Below are positions 62,107 to 64,000 of a stretch of 64,000 nucleotides of DNA, one piece after another. The stretch is from Raillietiella orientalis. Lineage: Eukaryota. The notes beneath the pieces were generated by a model. That model did not search any database and was not told the DNA's origin. It saw nothing but the letters and a program-made list of their open reading frames with translations. Numbering within the stretch: position 1 is the stretch's first letter; each line of letters opens with the position of its first letter. The translations under genes and the position numbers were made by a program. Location of the stretch: contig JAYWIR010000034.1 in NCBI GenBank assembly GCA_036172245.1, positions 310,001 through 374,000 on the forward strand. Direction: 5' to 3'.

Positions 62107-64000
62107 CTGGCAAGGGGAGGGAAAGCAGTAGGAGGAGCCACTGCCAAGGAAAAAGTGGACGAGACCTCTGCGTTTCCTGGAAAAGAGGGGCCACGCGCCT
62201 TCGGTGGGGTTCCTCGCAGCGCCGCCGACAGCCCTATGCTAGGGAATCCACTGCTCCAGAAGGGATCCCCATCCATATCCGGGACCTTCCTCCAGACGGC
62301 CCAGGTCCACCCGCGAGACGACGTGGCGAGTAGCGAAGATCGCACTGCGCCCACGAAGACGGCCGCAAGGAAGCGCGTGCTAGCAGGGAGGGCGCCCAGC
62401 CTGGCTACAGAAAGCTCCAGAGGACCTGCCACGTTTCTCAAGGGGTCCATCGAGAGGGCAAACACCGTTGCCGACTAGTGCTTGCTCTCCCGAAACGAAG
62501 AGCTCGGAAGCCGGGGCAGAACCAAGGACTCAGTCTCCTCCTGAATGCTGCAGGAGAGACGCCAACTTCCCGGTCAGGTTGCCGGGCAACGAGAGCGCCG
62601 AAGGACTGAATGTCACTGCTAGTGGTGGCGGCAGTGGTGCTGTTCGAGCTCACGGCGGCCATCTGAATCCCTCTACAGTCAGCTGTGAGCCCAGAATCCA
62701 CCTGTTGAATTCTAGTGACCATCTGAAGTGGTGGTATATGAAGAGCACGGCGCTTTAATCCTCTCAGGTGCTAACGCCATCAGAGTTCAGGAAAGCACTG
62801 GTTGCTGGGCGGAGCACGGAAGTTTAAGAAACCACCATGAAATCAGTTTGAAGATAATAAATGAGGATACACTGGAGCTGTTCCATCTTTGATGTCCTTC
62901 TCTTCCGTGAGATGGAGCACCATGAAAAAGCATTCCGGCCTCACCTCTCTGCCTTAGGAGACTCACGCTCTGTTCTGTTGCATATTTCTACCAAACTCAC
63001 TACTGAACTCACTACATCTTCTGTTCGAGTTGTTGTGCTGCATCCCCCAGTGGCCGCCTTTCACAAAAGAAAATTCTCCGAGACGATTTTTTGCATAGTG
63101 TAGATTACGTCCACCAGGACCAAAGTAGAGCAGCTTCCTATCGAAGCACAGAAAGAAGGAAAATGGCTACTTTGCGTGCAAAGAGCCATCAAGGAAGGGG
63201 ACAAACTTTTTGTTTTTTGCCGGAGCAGTACTGGTCTTCCCCTGAAAACTGCCTTCTTGAAGGCTTCGTCGGTCTTTTGATGTCGCGAATTGATCATTCT
63301 GGTTTCAGATACCGGAAAGTCCTTAAAGAGTACTCTTTACCGAACAAAAAGATCTCTTGCAGTTTCTTGGCAAGACTCTAGGTTTTGTGAAATGTTGCAT
63401 TCACCGGAAGCTCTTCCTCTGGGTATTCTTTCTGCCAAGGGGGCTGACATCTTTAAGAGATCGACCACTGGCATCCTCTTTTGAAAAGCACTTGATCCAA
63501 GTTGAGGGATCGAGGCACAAGCATATCAGATTCGAGCAGCAGAGCGGGTGATGCCACCCGGGTGCCAGCAAGCCAGCATTTGAAGCTCCTCGCTCTTAGT
63601 TGGTTCAGGAGATGCTTTCACCATATCCAAGCATCCAGTTGCTCTCTCCAAACTTCATCACTTCCTAGAAAATGTGCCAAAGTGTAAACTAGTGTAGTTC
63701 TTTCATTCCCAGACCGAGGATTTTTCGGATTCCGTCTCGAGAGTTCAGCTACAGAATGATCCTAACCTCAGCTATCAGCAATTAAAACATCTCTGTTTTC
63801 CATTCATTCCTTGGTCCAATGGTCTGGAGAATCTCTCAGTCAGAGAGGAAATTTGGAAGATGAAATGATGAGGGAATCGAAATCAAAAGCCACTTTTAAT
63901 GAAAAAATCCTCCTGCTACTTCTTTCAATAACTTTTTAATTCCAGTTTCAAATCTTATGAACCGGGACTGGAATAGCTGTGTGGAGGCAGAGTCTGGAGC

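Overview
This is eukaryotic (metazoan, plausibly arthropod) genomic DNA, mostly intronic or intergenic, and almost all ORFs in the supplied track are spurious. The main feature is a minus-strand, multi-exon STAR-family gene (KHDRBS/Sam68/SLM/qkr-like) spanning about 17.2-55.2 kb. Five exons encoding QUA1-KH-QUA2 are recognisable by homology and join in frame through GT-AG introns (55242-55119, 44711-44584, 41236-41120, 37652-37506, 29315-29114). Three further exons (23039-22856, 18482-18415, 17385-17171) are inferred from splice signals and phase continuity, giving about 394 aa with an atypical C-terminus. The first coding exon sits in a GC-rich domain bracketed by two diverged copies of a ~750-bp tRNA-headed SINE-like repeat. 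Upstream lie two degenerate 3' fragments of an L1/Tx1-like LINE. Other notable items are a perfect 45-bp-arm hairpin at 3955-4090, a candidate nested antisense gene in intron 4 and a candidate poison exon in intron 2. No prokaryotic systems, CRISPR arrays, rRNA or intact tRNA genes were seen. All alignments were done by eye.
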